From contig NIVC01002899.1 of the NCBI GenBank assembly GCA_002269645.1, positions 62,001-126,000 on the forward strand: DNA of 64,000 nucleotides. Reading direction: 5' to 3'. The DNA comes from Macrostomum lignano (Eukaryota). How positions within the stretch are numbered: position 1 is the first letter of the stretch; the number at the start of each line of letters is the position of its first letter. This document shows positions 11,284 to 24,400 of this stretch, piece after piece. A program made the translations under genes and the position numbers. The notes under the pieces were generated by a model. The model saw only the letters and a program-made list of their open reading frames with translations, made no database searches and was not told the origin of the DNA.

Positions 11284-14200
11284 CTGTCCAGATTATTTGG
11301 CAGCAGGCGGGGCAGCCCGAGTCCTCGCCCGCAGCAGCAGCAGCCGCCGCCACAGCTGGCATCGCCCGGCGGTCAGTCAATCGAGATCAGCTCACCAATC
11401 AGTGTTGAGCGCCAAATTCATATCGAGATTGACCCGGACACTGGCGAGTTCATCGGCCTGCCGGACACCTGGCGGCTCTGGCTGGAGTCGCAGTTCAGCT
11501 CAGAGCTTCGCCTACGCCAGCCAACAGCCGTGGCCGAAGCTGTTCGATTCTACAGCGGCTGCGGCAGCCGGCCGCCGTCCACCGTTGATGCAGCTGATGA
11601 GGCTGATGAAGATGCCGGCGATGGCGGCGAAGGTCCAGCAGCTGACGTCCCGGTTAGAAAGCGATCGGCACTGACTGTGGACTCGTCGCCTTCAGGGACC
11701 GTTGGCGGCAGCTCGCAGACAGAGGCGAACCTGACCGAGTTCTTTTGCCAGCTCGAGGACCTCCTGCTGGACGTTGGAGCACCAGGCAAGGCTGGAGACG
11801 AATTCGAGGCGAAATACGCCTGGAGTCAGGAGGTGCTGGGCACCGGGTGAGTAGCGGGCTGTCAGCTCAGTGTCAGTGAGTCTTGAAGCATCAATTCCAA
11901 CCTTCACCCAAGGACGTTTCTTAGAAAGTGTTAAGGAGGCTTAAGGAAAGCAATAAAAATTTTAATATGAAAAAAGTGAAAAGTTCCTATCTCTGTAGTG
12001 TATTGTTCGGCGAAAACCAGCCTCCTTAACATTTTTCAAGAAACGTAGTCTCCCGTCCTTCTATTTGACTAGTCCTTGACTTCACCTCAGAGCCAGCGGT
12101 ACGGTGCGTCTAGCTCGAGACCGAGTCACCAACCGTCCCGTAGCGGTCAAGTGCATGCGCTTGGTTGCTAGGCAACAGAGACGACGCGACGCCCTGCTAA
12201 CGGAGCTGTCGGCGATGCAGCGACTCCGACACGACAATATCGTCAACTTCATCAGAGCCTACCTGAACCGTTCTAGCAGCTCATCAGCCGAACTGCTTCT
12301 AGTCATGGAATACTTGGATGGCGGTTGTTTAACCGACGTCGCCATGGAAACGGTGATGCAGGAGCCGATCATAGCCGCCGTGGCTAGAGAATGCCTGCAG
12401 GCTGTCGCCTATTTGCACCATAATCGAGTTATTCACAGAGATTTAAAATCCGACAATGTACTTTTGGGCACCGGCGGCGAGGTCAAGGTCACCGATTTCG
12501 GATTCTGCGCGCTGTTAACTACGGATGATAGTTACAGATGCACTAGGGTGAGGCATTGTCTCCCTCTCACTGTCTCCCTCTCACTGTCTCCCTCTCACTG
12601 TCTCCCTCTCACTGTCTCCCTCTCACTGTCTCCCTCTCACTGTCTCCTCACTGTCTCCCTCTCACTGTCTCCCTCTCACTGTCTCCCTCTCACTGTCTCC
12701 CTCTCACTGTCTCCCTCTCTCTCACTGTCTCCTCTCTCACTGTCTTCTCTCTCACTGCTCCCCCTCTTACTGTCTCCCTCTCACTGTCTCCCTCTCTCAC
12801 TGTCTCCCTCTCTCACTGTCTCCCTCTCACTCTTCCTTTCTCACTGTCTCCCTCTCACTGTTTTCCTCTCTGTCCCCCTCTCACTATCTCTTTTTCTCAC
12901 TGCCTCCCTCTCTTCACTGTCTCCCTTTCTCACTGTCTCCCTCTTACTGTCTCCCTCTCTCACTGTCTCCCTCTCTCACTGTCTCCCTCTCATTGTCTCC
13001 CTTTCACTGTCTCCCTTTCACTGTCTCCCTCTCACTGTCTCCCTTTCACTGTCTCCCTCTCACTGTCTCCCTCTCACTGTCTCCCTCTCACTGTCTCCCT
13101 CTCTCACTGTCTCCCTCTCTCACTGTCTCCCTCTCACTGTCTCCTTCTCTCACTGTCTCCCTCTCACTGTCTCCCTCTCTCACTGTCTCCCTCTCTCACT
13201 GTCTCCCTCTCATTGTCTCCCTCTCACTTTTTTCCTCTCTGTCTCCCTCTCACTCTCCCTTTCTCACTGTCTCCCTCTCTTCACTGTCTCCCTTTCTCAC
13301 TGTCTCCCTCTTACTGTCTCCCTCTCTCACTATCTCCCTCTCACTGTCTTCCTCTCACTGTATCCCTCTCACTGTCTCCCTCTCACTGTCTCCCTTTCTC
13401 ACTGTCTCCCTCCCTCACTGTCTTCCTCTCTCACTGCCTCCCCCTCTTACTGTCTCCCTCTCACTGTCTCCCTCTCTCACTGTCTCCCTCTCTCACTGTC
13501 TCCCTCTCACTCTTCCTTTCTCACTGTCTCCCTCTCACTGTCTCCCTCTCACTGTTTTCCTCTCTGTCCCCCTCTCACTATCTCTTTTTCTCACTGCCTC
13601 CCTCTCTCACTGTCTCCCTCTCACTGTCTCCTTCTCTCACTGTCTCCCTCTCACTGTCTCCCTTTCTCACTGTCTCCCTCTCTCACTGTCTTCCTCTCTC
13701 ACTGCCTCCCCCTCTTACTGTCTCCCTCTCACTGTCTCCCTCTCTCACTGTCTCCCTCTCTCACTGTCTCCCTCTCACTCTTCATTTCTCACTGTCTCCC
13801 TCTCACTGTCTCCCTCTCACTGTTTTCCTCTCTGTCCCCCTCTCACTATCTCTTTTTCTCACTGCCTCCCTCTCTCACTGTCTCCCTCTCACTGTCTCCT
13901 TCTCTCACTGTCTCCCTCTCACTGTCTCCCTCTCTCACTGTCTCCCTCTCTCACTGTCTCCCTCTCACTCTTCCTTTCTCACTGTCTCCCTCTCGCTGTC
14001 TCCCTCTCACTGTCTCCCTCTCACTGTTTTCCTCTCTGTCCCCCTCTCACTATCTCTTTTTCTCACTGTCTCCCTCTCACTATCTCCCTCTCTCACTATC
14101 TCCCTTTCTCACTGTCTCCCTTTCTCACTGTCTCCCTCTCTCAGTGTCTCCCTCTCTTCACTGTCTCCTTCTCTCACTGTCTCCCTCTCTCACTGTCTCC

Positions 14201-15344
14201 CTCTCTCAGTGTCTCCCTCTCTTCACTGTCTCCCTTTCTCACTGTCTCCCTCTTACTGTCTTCCTCTCTCACTGCCTCCCCCTCTTACTGTCTTCCTTCT
14301 TTGCTTTCATTTTTTGTTCTCGATGAAGTGTATTATTTCACCTGAAAAATGTTGACAAATTTAAAATCTACTTTAAGTAGCTGCTGGCGCGCTTTCTCTC
14401 ATTAAATGATAAAGTTTAGAAAGCAAGCAAATTATTTTTCCTAGATCGGCACACCCTACTGGATGGCGCCAGAGATGGTGACGGTGGTGGAGCGGCAGTC
14501 GGCTCGCTGCTACAACAGCAAAGTGGACATCTGGTCTCTAGGCGTACTCGTGTTGGAGATGCTGGAGGGCGAGCCGCCTTATCTGCATGAACTGCCTGTT
14601 AAGGTGGGCACTTTTTTGTTAACTAGGCCGGATGTCACTCCCTAGCTGCCATCCTCTCTAGATGTCATCCTCTCTAGATGTCACTCCCTAGATGTCATTC
14701 TCTCTAGATGTCACTCTCTAGATGTCATCCTCTCTAGATGTCACTCCCTAGATGTCATTCTCTCTAGATGTCACTCTCTAGATGTCATCCTCTCTAGATG
14801 TCATCTTCTCTAGATGTCATCCTCTCTAGATGTCACTCCCTAGATGTCATCCTCTCTAGATGTCATCCTCTCTAGATGTCACTTCTTAGACGTTACTCTC
14901 TTTAGATCCCACTCCCTAGATGTCACTCTTTAGATGTCACCTCTTTAGATGTCACTCCCTAAATTTCACTCTCTTTAGATGTCACTCCCTAGATTTCACT
15001 CTCCAGACGCCATGCACTCTCTAGATGTCACTTCATCTCAAAAGCGATCTAGTCGAGGGGTCATGAGAGAAAACTCAATTAAGTATTTGAGTTTCAGAAA
15101 AAAACTGTTCATTATTCGATTCCAGGCAATCTATCTCATTCAAACAAAAGGCAAGCCAGACTACAAAGACCCAGCTAACATGAGCGCAGAGTTGACTAAT
15201 TTTCTCGACCAGTGCCTGAGCGTCGATCCCGAACAAAGGCCAACCGCTGGGGAACTGTTGGAGCACAGCTTTCTAGCTAAAGCCTGTCCTCTGCAATGGA
15301 AGCTGCGAGAACATATTTTAGCTGCTAGGCGGGCTCTGGCCTGA
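11284..15344 (+). CDS. pak: p21-activated (STE20-family) kinase, group I-like; exons 11284-11846, 12091-12547, 14445-14603, 15126-15344; start exon not located
   Basis: CRIB/AID region [30 protein letters not shown]...AVAEAVRFY. Spliced kinase motifs are LGTG|[29 protein letters not shown]|[21 protein letters not shown] and [10 protein letters not shown]. All junctions are GT-AG and in phase. Confidence 0.93.
12555..14290. repeat. CT-rich 14-16-bp minisatellite (CTCACTGTCTCCCT)n filling PAK intron 2
   Basis: Starts about 7 nt after the donor; source of the LSLSPSHC pseudo-ORFs. Confidence 0.95.
14630..15020. repeat. 17-18-bp minisatellite (CTCTAGATGTCATCCT)n in PAK intron 3
   Basis: Tandem TCTAGATGTCA-containing units. 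Confidence 0.9.
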
Positions 15345-15644
15345 ATCAGCTGTCCTTTTTCAGTGCAGAATTATTTTGGATAACATAGCAGCATTAAGTG
15401 GCTTGATTAACCTGCATCAATACCTTGGCTTTATTTTTGTGATACAAACAATTTTTTGGCTTAGTTTTTGTTACTTCAGTGTACAAATACTTGATTATTA
15501 ATAAAAAATGTTTACTCGCCGTATATTCCAACAGTATAATTGTTTATTAAAATGCATAATAATATAATTATAATAAGTACACCACTGCTTCAAAGTGCAT
15601 CCCTGCTATTTGGTTGCGTGTAGTACAGTGTATGTACTTAAGCG

Positions 15645-16245
15645 ATACCCACCCCCTCTCTCCCCAGTCTACACGCCCTATCAAAGCGACAACCACCCTA
15701 CTCTCCTAGTGTACACACGCGCTATCAAAGCGACAACCACCCCCACTCTCTCCCCGGTGTACACACGCGCTATCAAAGCGACAACCACCCCCACTCTCTC
15801 CCCGGTGTACACACGCGCTATCAAAGCGACAACCACCCCCACTCTCTCCCCGGTGTACACACGCGCTATCAAAGCGACAACCACCCCCACTCTCTCCCCG
15901 GTGTACACACGCGCTATCAAAGCGACAACCACCCGCACTCTCTCCTCAGTGTACATGTACATTCGCGAGCTCAAAGCGGCACCCACACCACTCTCTCTCT
16001 CCCCAGTGTACGCACGCGCTATCAGTGCGACAACCACCCGCACTCTCTCCCCAGTGTACACTTGCGCTCAAAGCGACAACCATCCCACTCTCTCCCTAGT
16101 GTACACACGCTATCAAAGCGACAACCACCCGCACTCTCTCCCCAGTGTACACTTGCGCTCAAAGCGACAACCACCCCACTCTCTCCCTAGTGTACACACG
16201 CGCTATCAAAGCGACAATCGCCTCCATTCTCTCCCCCGTTTACAC
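15645..16245. repeat. 48-bp minisatellite
   Basis: ACACGCGCTATCAAAGCGACAACCACCCCCACTCTCTCCCCGGTGTAC, perfect in the centre and degenerate at the edges. Confidence 0.93.
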
Positions 16246-18009
16246 TCTCTTCCCAGTGACACTCAATTTAGCTAGCTTCTATATAATTCACGGAATAATA
16301 AAATTAGTATTACACAAGCGTCTAGAAGCAGTTTTGCTTTTCAACTATTTTGTTGTACCCAATCTCGTAAACAATAAATAGAGTCTCATTCAACTGTTAA
16401 GTCATTTTCGGCCGAGCTATTATTGAACTATTGTTCAACCCTCAGTGTCTTGTCACAACTTTTACTGATATAGATCAATATTTTTCGTCGATGTTATTGA
16501 CTAGTTGCATGTACTATTCAATTTCGATGCTAAACTGCGAATATTTCCTTATTGCATATTTTTATCATGTAAGCCAGCTTCTTGAGTATAGTCACGCATC
16601 AGATCATTGTGATTTTTATTTAACTTCACAGTCATTTTTTACTGTTCATATTAACAGTTTTATACACATGGGAAATAATTAATAAATAGAGTATTTTGAG
16701 CTACTGTAGCTGCTGATATATTAGTTACTCTGAAATATACTGACTGGCTTCTGTTCTATAATCTTTTTTGTTTTCAGAATAAATTAAAATGAGACAGCAC
16801 ATCTACTTTGAGACAGGTAAATTAGTTCTGCATTTATTGGGCAGTCTCTTTATTTGAGTAAAGCTTTACTGTAAATAATGGTTTTTTTTCAAACTAGATT
16901 AGTCATTTTATATTCTATATATATTGAATTATATTACTGTTTGTTAATATTTTGTAGGAAAATCGAAGTAGTAAAAACAGAGACAGGTAGGGTGCACATT
17001 CCAGTCAAAAATGTTAAACGAGGAAATAGCATTTAAAACAAAAAGTTTCATAATTTAAATAGCATGAAAAGTTGCAAACTGCATAAAATTTCAGGTTAGC
17101 ACAAATTACAACCTTTAAACGAGTTTAATTAGCTTAAAAACAATTTAAAGTGTAGCAAAAAATCATAGCAGAGTTTATGAATAAGTGCATATGTTGAATG
17201 GGTGAAACACGTAAAAATGTTTAAAACCTAAGAGAAATCCAATTCATTCGATTTGGAAGCAAAATGTTTTATTGAGGCGACCGATATTGCTGGAAAAAGT
17301 GTATATTTATTAACGAGCTATTATCTACTAATTGCTTATTTTATTCCGGTGTTTTCTCGTTTACATTTAAACAAACTTTTAACATAATATTTCCTCGTAT
17401 ATTTGTAAAAACATTTGACCAAATGAAATAAAAAATAATTTGGATGAAAACACGCCAGGACTTTGCGTAAAAAATTAAATAAAAAAATATTAAATTCGTG
17501 CAACTTTCGTTTTGAGGTGCTCATTTTGTGGCGCTGATGTACACTTAAATGGATTAACGAAACTTTATTGTCAAAATCTATGCGTTTAATTTTTATGCCA
17601 AAAGCTTTGGTCTGTCATAAATTACTGTAGCAACTAACAAAGATTTTATGCAGCATTAAACTTCTGAAGACTAGTTTAAAATTGAAGTTCATTTTTTATG
17701 CTTCTGATTTTTAACGACTTTTTACACATGTATGAATATAGATCTACTAGCAATTCTAAAATCACAGGATTGCCTAAATTTTGTACGTCCGTTATTATTG
17801 ACATCGGAAACATTTGTTTCCAAAATTGGAAAATCAAAATTAGAGCTATTAATTGTAATAAAAACTTGCTACTGTTAAATGTACATGTACTTGTAATTAG
17901 CCGTACATGATGCATTCTGATTCAAATTAGAATATATGAAGCCTAAAGGTGTCGATCAATGCTGAGTCATGCATGCCTATTTGTATCTGAGCCGGGCATG
18001 AGGGGAGCT

Positions 18010-18379
18010 TTTAGTTAGAGGCAGGCGGCTGTGTGCACCCTGACGCACTTTAAGCGACATTGTCACACAACCGGCAAGAGGCATTACTGCCCCCATTCCG
18101 CCGACTCCCCTTGAGCAGGCACACAAGCGCGCGGATACGTACGCAGTCACACGCACAGACACACACTCACACAGGAGTGTACAGCGGCCCTAACTTTATT
18201 TATCCTTAGTCATGTACACTTCACTGTGCCAATTGGGGACTGACCCTCAAAGGCCGTTAATTGCACGAGCAGAGCCAAGCCGAGATTCCAACTTAGCCCC
18301 AAATTAATGTGACTGGCACGTGGAATCGAACCTGGGCCGCTGGCACATCAGTACGGCGCGAGACCACTGGGAGCCCCCC
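18010..18379 (-). mobile_element. tRNA-derived SINE (family 2)
   Basis: Minus-strand head GGGGGCTCCCAGTGGTCTCGCG (A-box-like) with B box GGTTCGATTCC at 18332-18322. The 3' part (18027-18139) recurs at 33145-33253. That the head and tail form one element is inferred. Confidence 0.65.
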
Positions 18380-18486
18380 TATTTTATGGATTTCTGAAAG
18401 ATGCCCTTGGTAACTTGCAACAGTGGCCGCGGATCCAGACATCTCTGCGCATGCCTCTTTTAATAACTGTCACTAAAGCTGGTTAC

Positions 18487-21400
18487 CTATAGATGTAGGA
18501 ACCGCAGCAGCTCAAACGCCCCAACCAGACCTAAGAAGACGCCTCGAAATCTACTATGCTTGGACATCGCCGATTTCGTTGGGCCGACTGTTTGAGCACG
18601 ACGAGTCCCAACTCCTGATGAGCAGTTTGCTGCAAGATGAGGTTGGGCGGTTGCTTGACAAAGGTGACTTGCCATGCCACTGCTCCATTTATAAGTGTAC
18701 TCTACTGGACTATTTTACTGTACTCTGTACTCAAACAGACTACTGTACTGCACTCTGTACTCAAAGATACTGTTGTACTTTACTCAGTACATTGTCTGCT
18801 CTACCAGACTGACTATCGGACAAAAATTAACTCTATATTATAGTACATAAGTTATGGAATATAAGAAAACATTTCTGGCAAATGAGCCAAAAAACTCACG
18901 CTTCGGATTAGTATAATTTCGAAGATTTTGCACCTGATAACGCCAAAAATTGCACTGCCTTTTGCGCAAGTTTTCGCCAATTTGAAATCCCCTGCTAGTG
19001 GGCGACCTGGCCTTGAGAACAATGTGCTTGCGGTTGATCACGTCGTATTCTGGCCAAGCGCCTGGTCCGTCCGGTGCACTCGAGTCGGACATTTTGTTGG
19101 GGTTGCTATAGCGAGTTTGGGGATTTGTGAAATAATCAAATTGCTACTGTACGACAGTTCGTCGATCTATCATAACAGCAACCCGACAGTCTGAAGCTTA
19201 ATGTCATGGGAGTGGGCCATCATGCAGTAAGACTGCGAAATATTTTCCATTATAGTAGAACCTGTTTTCCTGGTTTTGGAGGCGCCAGCTACAGATGGGG
19301 CGCAGGTACAGAGAGGGCGCCAGCTACAGAGGGGGCGCAGCTATAATGAGGGGCGCCAGCTACAGTGAGGGCGCCAGCTACAGTGAGGGCGCCAGCTACA
19401 GAGGGGGCGCCAGCTACAATGAGGGCGCCAGCTACAGAGGGGGGCGCCAGCTACAATGAGGGCGCCAGCTACAGAGGGGGGCGCCAGCTACAATGAGGGC
19501 GCCAGCTACAGAGGGGGGCGCCAGCTACAATGAGGGCGCCAGCTACAGAGGGGGGCGCCAGCTACAATGAGGGCGCCAGCTACAGAGGGGGGCGCCAGCT
19601 ACAATGAGGGCGCCAGCTACAGAGGGGGGCGCCAGCTACAATGAGGGCGCCAGCTACAGAGGGGGCGCCAGCTACAATGAGGGCGCCAGCTACAGAGGGG
19701 GGCGCCAGCTAAAATGAGGGCGCCAGCTACAGAGGGGGGCGCCAGCTACAATGAGGGCGCCAGCTACAGTGAGGGCGCCAGCTACAGAGGGGGGCGCCAG
19801 CTACAATGAGGGCGCCAGCTACAATGAGGGCACCAGCTACAGAGGGGGCGCAGCTACAATGAGGGGCGCCAGCTACAGAGGAGGCGCCAGAGCAGGCGCC
19901 AGTTAGCTACAGAGAGGGCGCCAGCTTCAAAGGTTTATTTCTATGTGAAACTATTTGCAGTTTGCAAGAAACCCCCAGCAAGCCCTGGCACCAAAGTTTA
20001 ACCCTCGAAAGACCATTGGACCCCAATTATAATAAAGCGACAATTGTTTTCCCCAACTTTCGAGGGTTAACTGAATAAAAAGCTCACCCAGTCTTGGCAA
20101 AGTTGGTCCAGAACTTCATCAAGTCATCGCTGAACTGCCTCTCAGTCTCAGTGTAGTTGTAGTACTTCCCAGTGAAGCGCTCATTGAACGGTGAGCCGAA
20201 CACATAATCCAGCTCGTAGCCATGCAGAACTCCTGTCCAGTCTGGTAGCGGCAACAGCTCACTGCGCTGCTCAAACGAGTACATCCAAATCGAATGAGCA
20301 GCATTTTCGCCGAGCATGAGGGTGTACTTCTCCGCAAATTCAATTGTCGGACACTTGAAGCTCTTGTCGCTTGTCATCGCGTCCAGCGCGTCTAAGGTTT
20401 CTTTAGCTGTCCAGGATGTCTTGCCGAAAAGTTTCGAAGGCACCTGGTACTCGAACGAGGTGCCCTCGGATATGAGGCCGTCCATGTTGATGTTGGTAAT
20501 GAAGTACCTAGCAACTAGGTTGTGTGGATCCGTGTCCATATCGAGTTCCTTGCTAAATTTTGAATAGTATTCATACTCTTTGCTAAGCCGCGGGTCCATT
20601 GGCTGACCCCACCAGAACGGGATGTTCCATTCTCTGTTTCTGATCAGAAATATTTTGTACAGAGCGTACATGATCCAGAACACGCCTTCATTTTTTACTA
20701 CACCTGCAAATTGGAGGGCAGAGTCTGACTGTTAATTCAAAAATTAACTCGCAAATGATAAGAAATTATTCAGCCACTCCTCAGCCACTCCTCAGCCACT
20801 CCTCAGCCACCCCACCACTCCTCAGCCACCCCACTCCTCAGCCACCCCACTCCTCAGCCACCCTACTCCTCAGCCACTCCTCAGCCACCCCACTCCTCAG
20901 CCACCCCACCACTCCTCAGCCACCCCACTCCTCAGCCACCCTACTCCTCAGCCACTCCTCAGCCACCCCTACTCCTCAGCCACCCCTACTCCTCAGCCAC
21001 CCTACTCCTCAGCCACTCCTCAGCCACCCCACTCCGCCACTCCACAGTTCTGCTCAGTTATTAACACTTACCCAGCAGCAAATCTGCTCTCTTCACGTCG
21101 TGGTTCTTCACAGAGTCTCTTAGCTGCATGAATGGCATTTTTGGTATAAAATCCGAGGGATAAACGGGCTTAAACGGCAGGTCAAAGTACAGCATGGTTT
21201 CCACGTTTGCACCCTCGTTGGCGGGCTCTTGATTCCTGTGCAAATTCTGCTGATAGTATTGAGCATATTGGATTCGGCGCTCTCTAATCTCGTTGCTCAT
21301 CGCGCTCCAAGTCAGCTGCTGCAGAGTCTCGGGTGTCACCTGTTTGTTAATTAAAGTTAATTGCACAATTTTAATTGAAATTATTGAATTTTGCAACTAA

Positions 21401-24400
21401 TTCACACCTGAAATGTCTTTCATAATTTCGGGTCTCGATAAGCCTGATAAACTGATAAGCTTGTTATGAGTCTAGTTTATAACGGGGTTGTAGCCTAGTG
21501 GTTAGAGTGTCGTAGTCACGACTTGATGGTCGGGGGTTCGAATCTCGATCCCACTGGAACAATTTGTGTCCTTGAGCAAGACACTTAACTCTGCATTGCT
21601 TCAGTTCACTCAGCTGTAAAATGGGTGCCAGCATTAGCTGGGGTAATTGAGGCTGTGTGTGGCGACCCCCAGTCCTTGGACTGAACAGCCGTGCACAGCC
21701 CTAAGAGGCGTCGCGCAATTAATAGCAGCGGCTGAGCTGTCGGTTGCACATCTGGCTCAACTGCGGCAGGTGTCATCATTTATCATTATGAGTCTAGACT
21801 TATTTATAATAAGGTAAGAATCAAGCCTCAATAATTAATAACAAATTAGTTTCTACAAAATTAAAATTCTCGCTTCACGGTCATTGGCTCAATCTCGTGC
21901 AATTAAATTGAGTTCAAATTCGCGCAAAAAAACGGACGTTTTTAACTAATAGTAAAAAACCTTAAAAACTACCTTTAATAAAGCCAGACGTTTTTTTAAT
22001 CTTGAAAAAACGCTTTAGCTTAGGGCCTTAGGCCCTGTCTTTTAAGGAGTGTTTATACATTTATAGTTTGACAATGTCCCTTTTTGGCACGAATCCGAAT
22101 TGGATTTATTTTAACAAAACACCTGAAGAATGCCTAGCGAATTAATTGCAATAATTGCACCAGTTATAACCAATATTAAATATAACTTTATTTAAAACAA
22201 AAAACTGCTACAGTCTCACCTGTCGCATGCAGTCGATAATTTTATTCACGTCTGTGCTGTCGTCATCGGGCCCGCACTTCACCAGCTTGGCGAGGGTCAG
22301 CGAGCGTCTGGACGCTGCCCAGCGGTCCTCGCTGGCCCACCAGGCGATGGCACTGCCACTGTTGAGTATGGCTCGCCTGAAGTAGCCCTGAGTGTAGGGC
22401 GACAGCAGGTGGTAGCTGACTGACACGGCACCAGCTGACTCGCCGAACAGCGTGATCTGGCTATTGTCTCCGCCGAAGGCACTGAATTTTTTTTGAGGGA
22501 GGGGAGTTGAAGTGGGTAGAGATTTAAATCAAAAGACATGATGTGAACATGAAATCTGAGGACGGTAATTCTGTCCATTCTGCCGACTTCTGAGCACACA
22601 AAAGAGCGCCAATGCTGTACGCAGGCACTCACACACACGCTCACACAGGATGTGCAGCGGTCCTGACTTTCTATTCGTCAGGCATGTGCACCAGGCACGC
22701 GAATCGAACAAGGGGCCGTGACGAGAGAGTCGGGGAGTTAATCGCTGAACTGCTCCGCCTCAAGTGCATGATGTGGGCCCTCCAGATTGCTACTTGTCAC
22801 CCAAGATTGGGTATTAAGTGGCAACTATGATACCAGAGGCAACTATGGCAACCGTGTGCATCCGAGTGCATCCGTGTGCATCCGTGTGCATCCGAGTGCA
22901 TCCGTGTGCATCCGTGTGCATCCGAGTGCATCCGTGTGCATCCGTGTGCATCCGAGTGCATCCGTGTGCATCCGTGTGCATCCGAGTGCATCCGTGTGCA
23001 TCCGTGTGCATCCGAGTGCATCCGTGTGCATCCGTGTGCATCCGAGTGCATCCGTGTGCATCCGTGTGCATCCGAGTGCATCCGTGTGCATCCGTGTGCA
23101 TCCGAGTGCATCCGTGTGCATCCGTGTGCATCCGAGTGCATCCGTGTGCATCCGTGTGCATCCGAGTGCATCCGTGTGCATCCGTGTGCATCCGAGTGCA
23201 TCCGTGTGCATCCGAGTGCATCCGTGTGCATCCGTGTGCATCCGTGTGCATCCGTGTGCATCCGAGTGCATCCGTGTGCATCCGTGTGCATCCGTGTGCA
23301 TCCGAGTGCATCCGTGTGCATCCGTGTGCATCCGTGTGCATCCGTGTGCATCCGTGTGCATCCGTGTGCATCCGTGTGCATCCGTGTGCATCCGTGTGCA
23401 TCCGTGTGCATCCGTGTGCATCCATCGGCATCCGTGTGCATCCATGTGCATCCGTGTGCATCCGTGTGCATCCGTGTGCATCCGTGTGCATCCGTGTGCA
23501 TCCGTGTGCATCCGTGTGCATCCGTGTGCATCCATCGGCATCCGTGTGCATCCATGTGCATCCGTGTGCATCCGTGTGCATCCGTGTGCATCCGTGTGCA
23601 TCCGTGTGCATCCATCGGCATCCGTGTGCATCCATGTGCATCCATCGGCATCCGTGTGCATCCGTGCATGCATCCGTGTGCATCCGTGTGCATCCATCGG
23701 CATCCGTGTGCATCCATGTGCATCCATCGTCATCCGTGTGCATCCGTGCATGCATCCGTGTGCATCCGTGTGCATCCGTGTGCATCCGTGTGCATCCGTG
23801 TGCATCCGTGTGCATCCGTGTGCATCCGTGTGCATCCGTGTGCATCCGTGTGCATCCATCGGCATCCGTGTGCATCCATGTGCATTCGTGTGCATCCGTG
23901 TGCATCCGTGTGCATCCGTGTGCATCCGTGTGCATCCGTGTGCATCCGTGTGCATCCGTGTGCATCCATCGGCATCCGTGTGCATCCATGTGCATCCATC
24001 GGCATCCGTGTGCATCCGTGCATGCATCCGTGTGCATCCGTGTGCATCCGTGTGCATCCGTGTGCATCCGTGTGCATCCGTGTGCATCCGTGTGCATCCG
24101 TGTGCATCCGTGTGCATCCATCGGCATCCGTGTGCATCCATGTGCATCCATCGGCATCCGTGTGCATCCGTGCATGCATCCGTGTGTATCCGTGTGCATC
24201 CATCGGCATCCGTGTGCATCCATGTGCATCCATCGTCATCCGTGTGCATCCGTGCATGCATCCGTGTGCATCCGTGTGCATCCGTGTGCATCTTTGTGCG
24301 TGCTCAGGGGGTGGGTGCCATTTTCAGTGGCACTTAAAGCCCTTAGCAACTAAAAACAAGCGAACCAAAAGTTCGAAAAGCAAGCTTTCAGGTTTGAGCT

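Noticed and set aside
12548-14355. 740-aa kinase ORF with a long Leu/Ser/Pro/Cys tail
   Set aside because: This is read-through into intron 2. A GT donor at 12548 and an in-phase acceptor at 14444 restore CTR-IGTPYW.
16778-16986. Two micro-exon-like segments with AG/GT boundaries (MRQHIYFETG...)
   Set aside because: The joined frame stops after 13 codons. They could be UTR or non-coding exons but cannot be supported.
18630-18704. AChE-T-like WAT peptide (EYTYKWSSGM) upstream of the last ChE-A exon
   Set aside because: It needs a weak acceptor at 18705. The stronger acceptor at 18630 gives PNCSS, which aligns with YDCSS of paralog B, and the resemblance is only a few residues.
21484-21556. 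Functional tRNA gene
   Set aside because: The acceptor stem can pair, but the D-stem is broken, the anticodon loop is only 4 nt, and the sequence continues into a SINE body with a target-site duplication.
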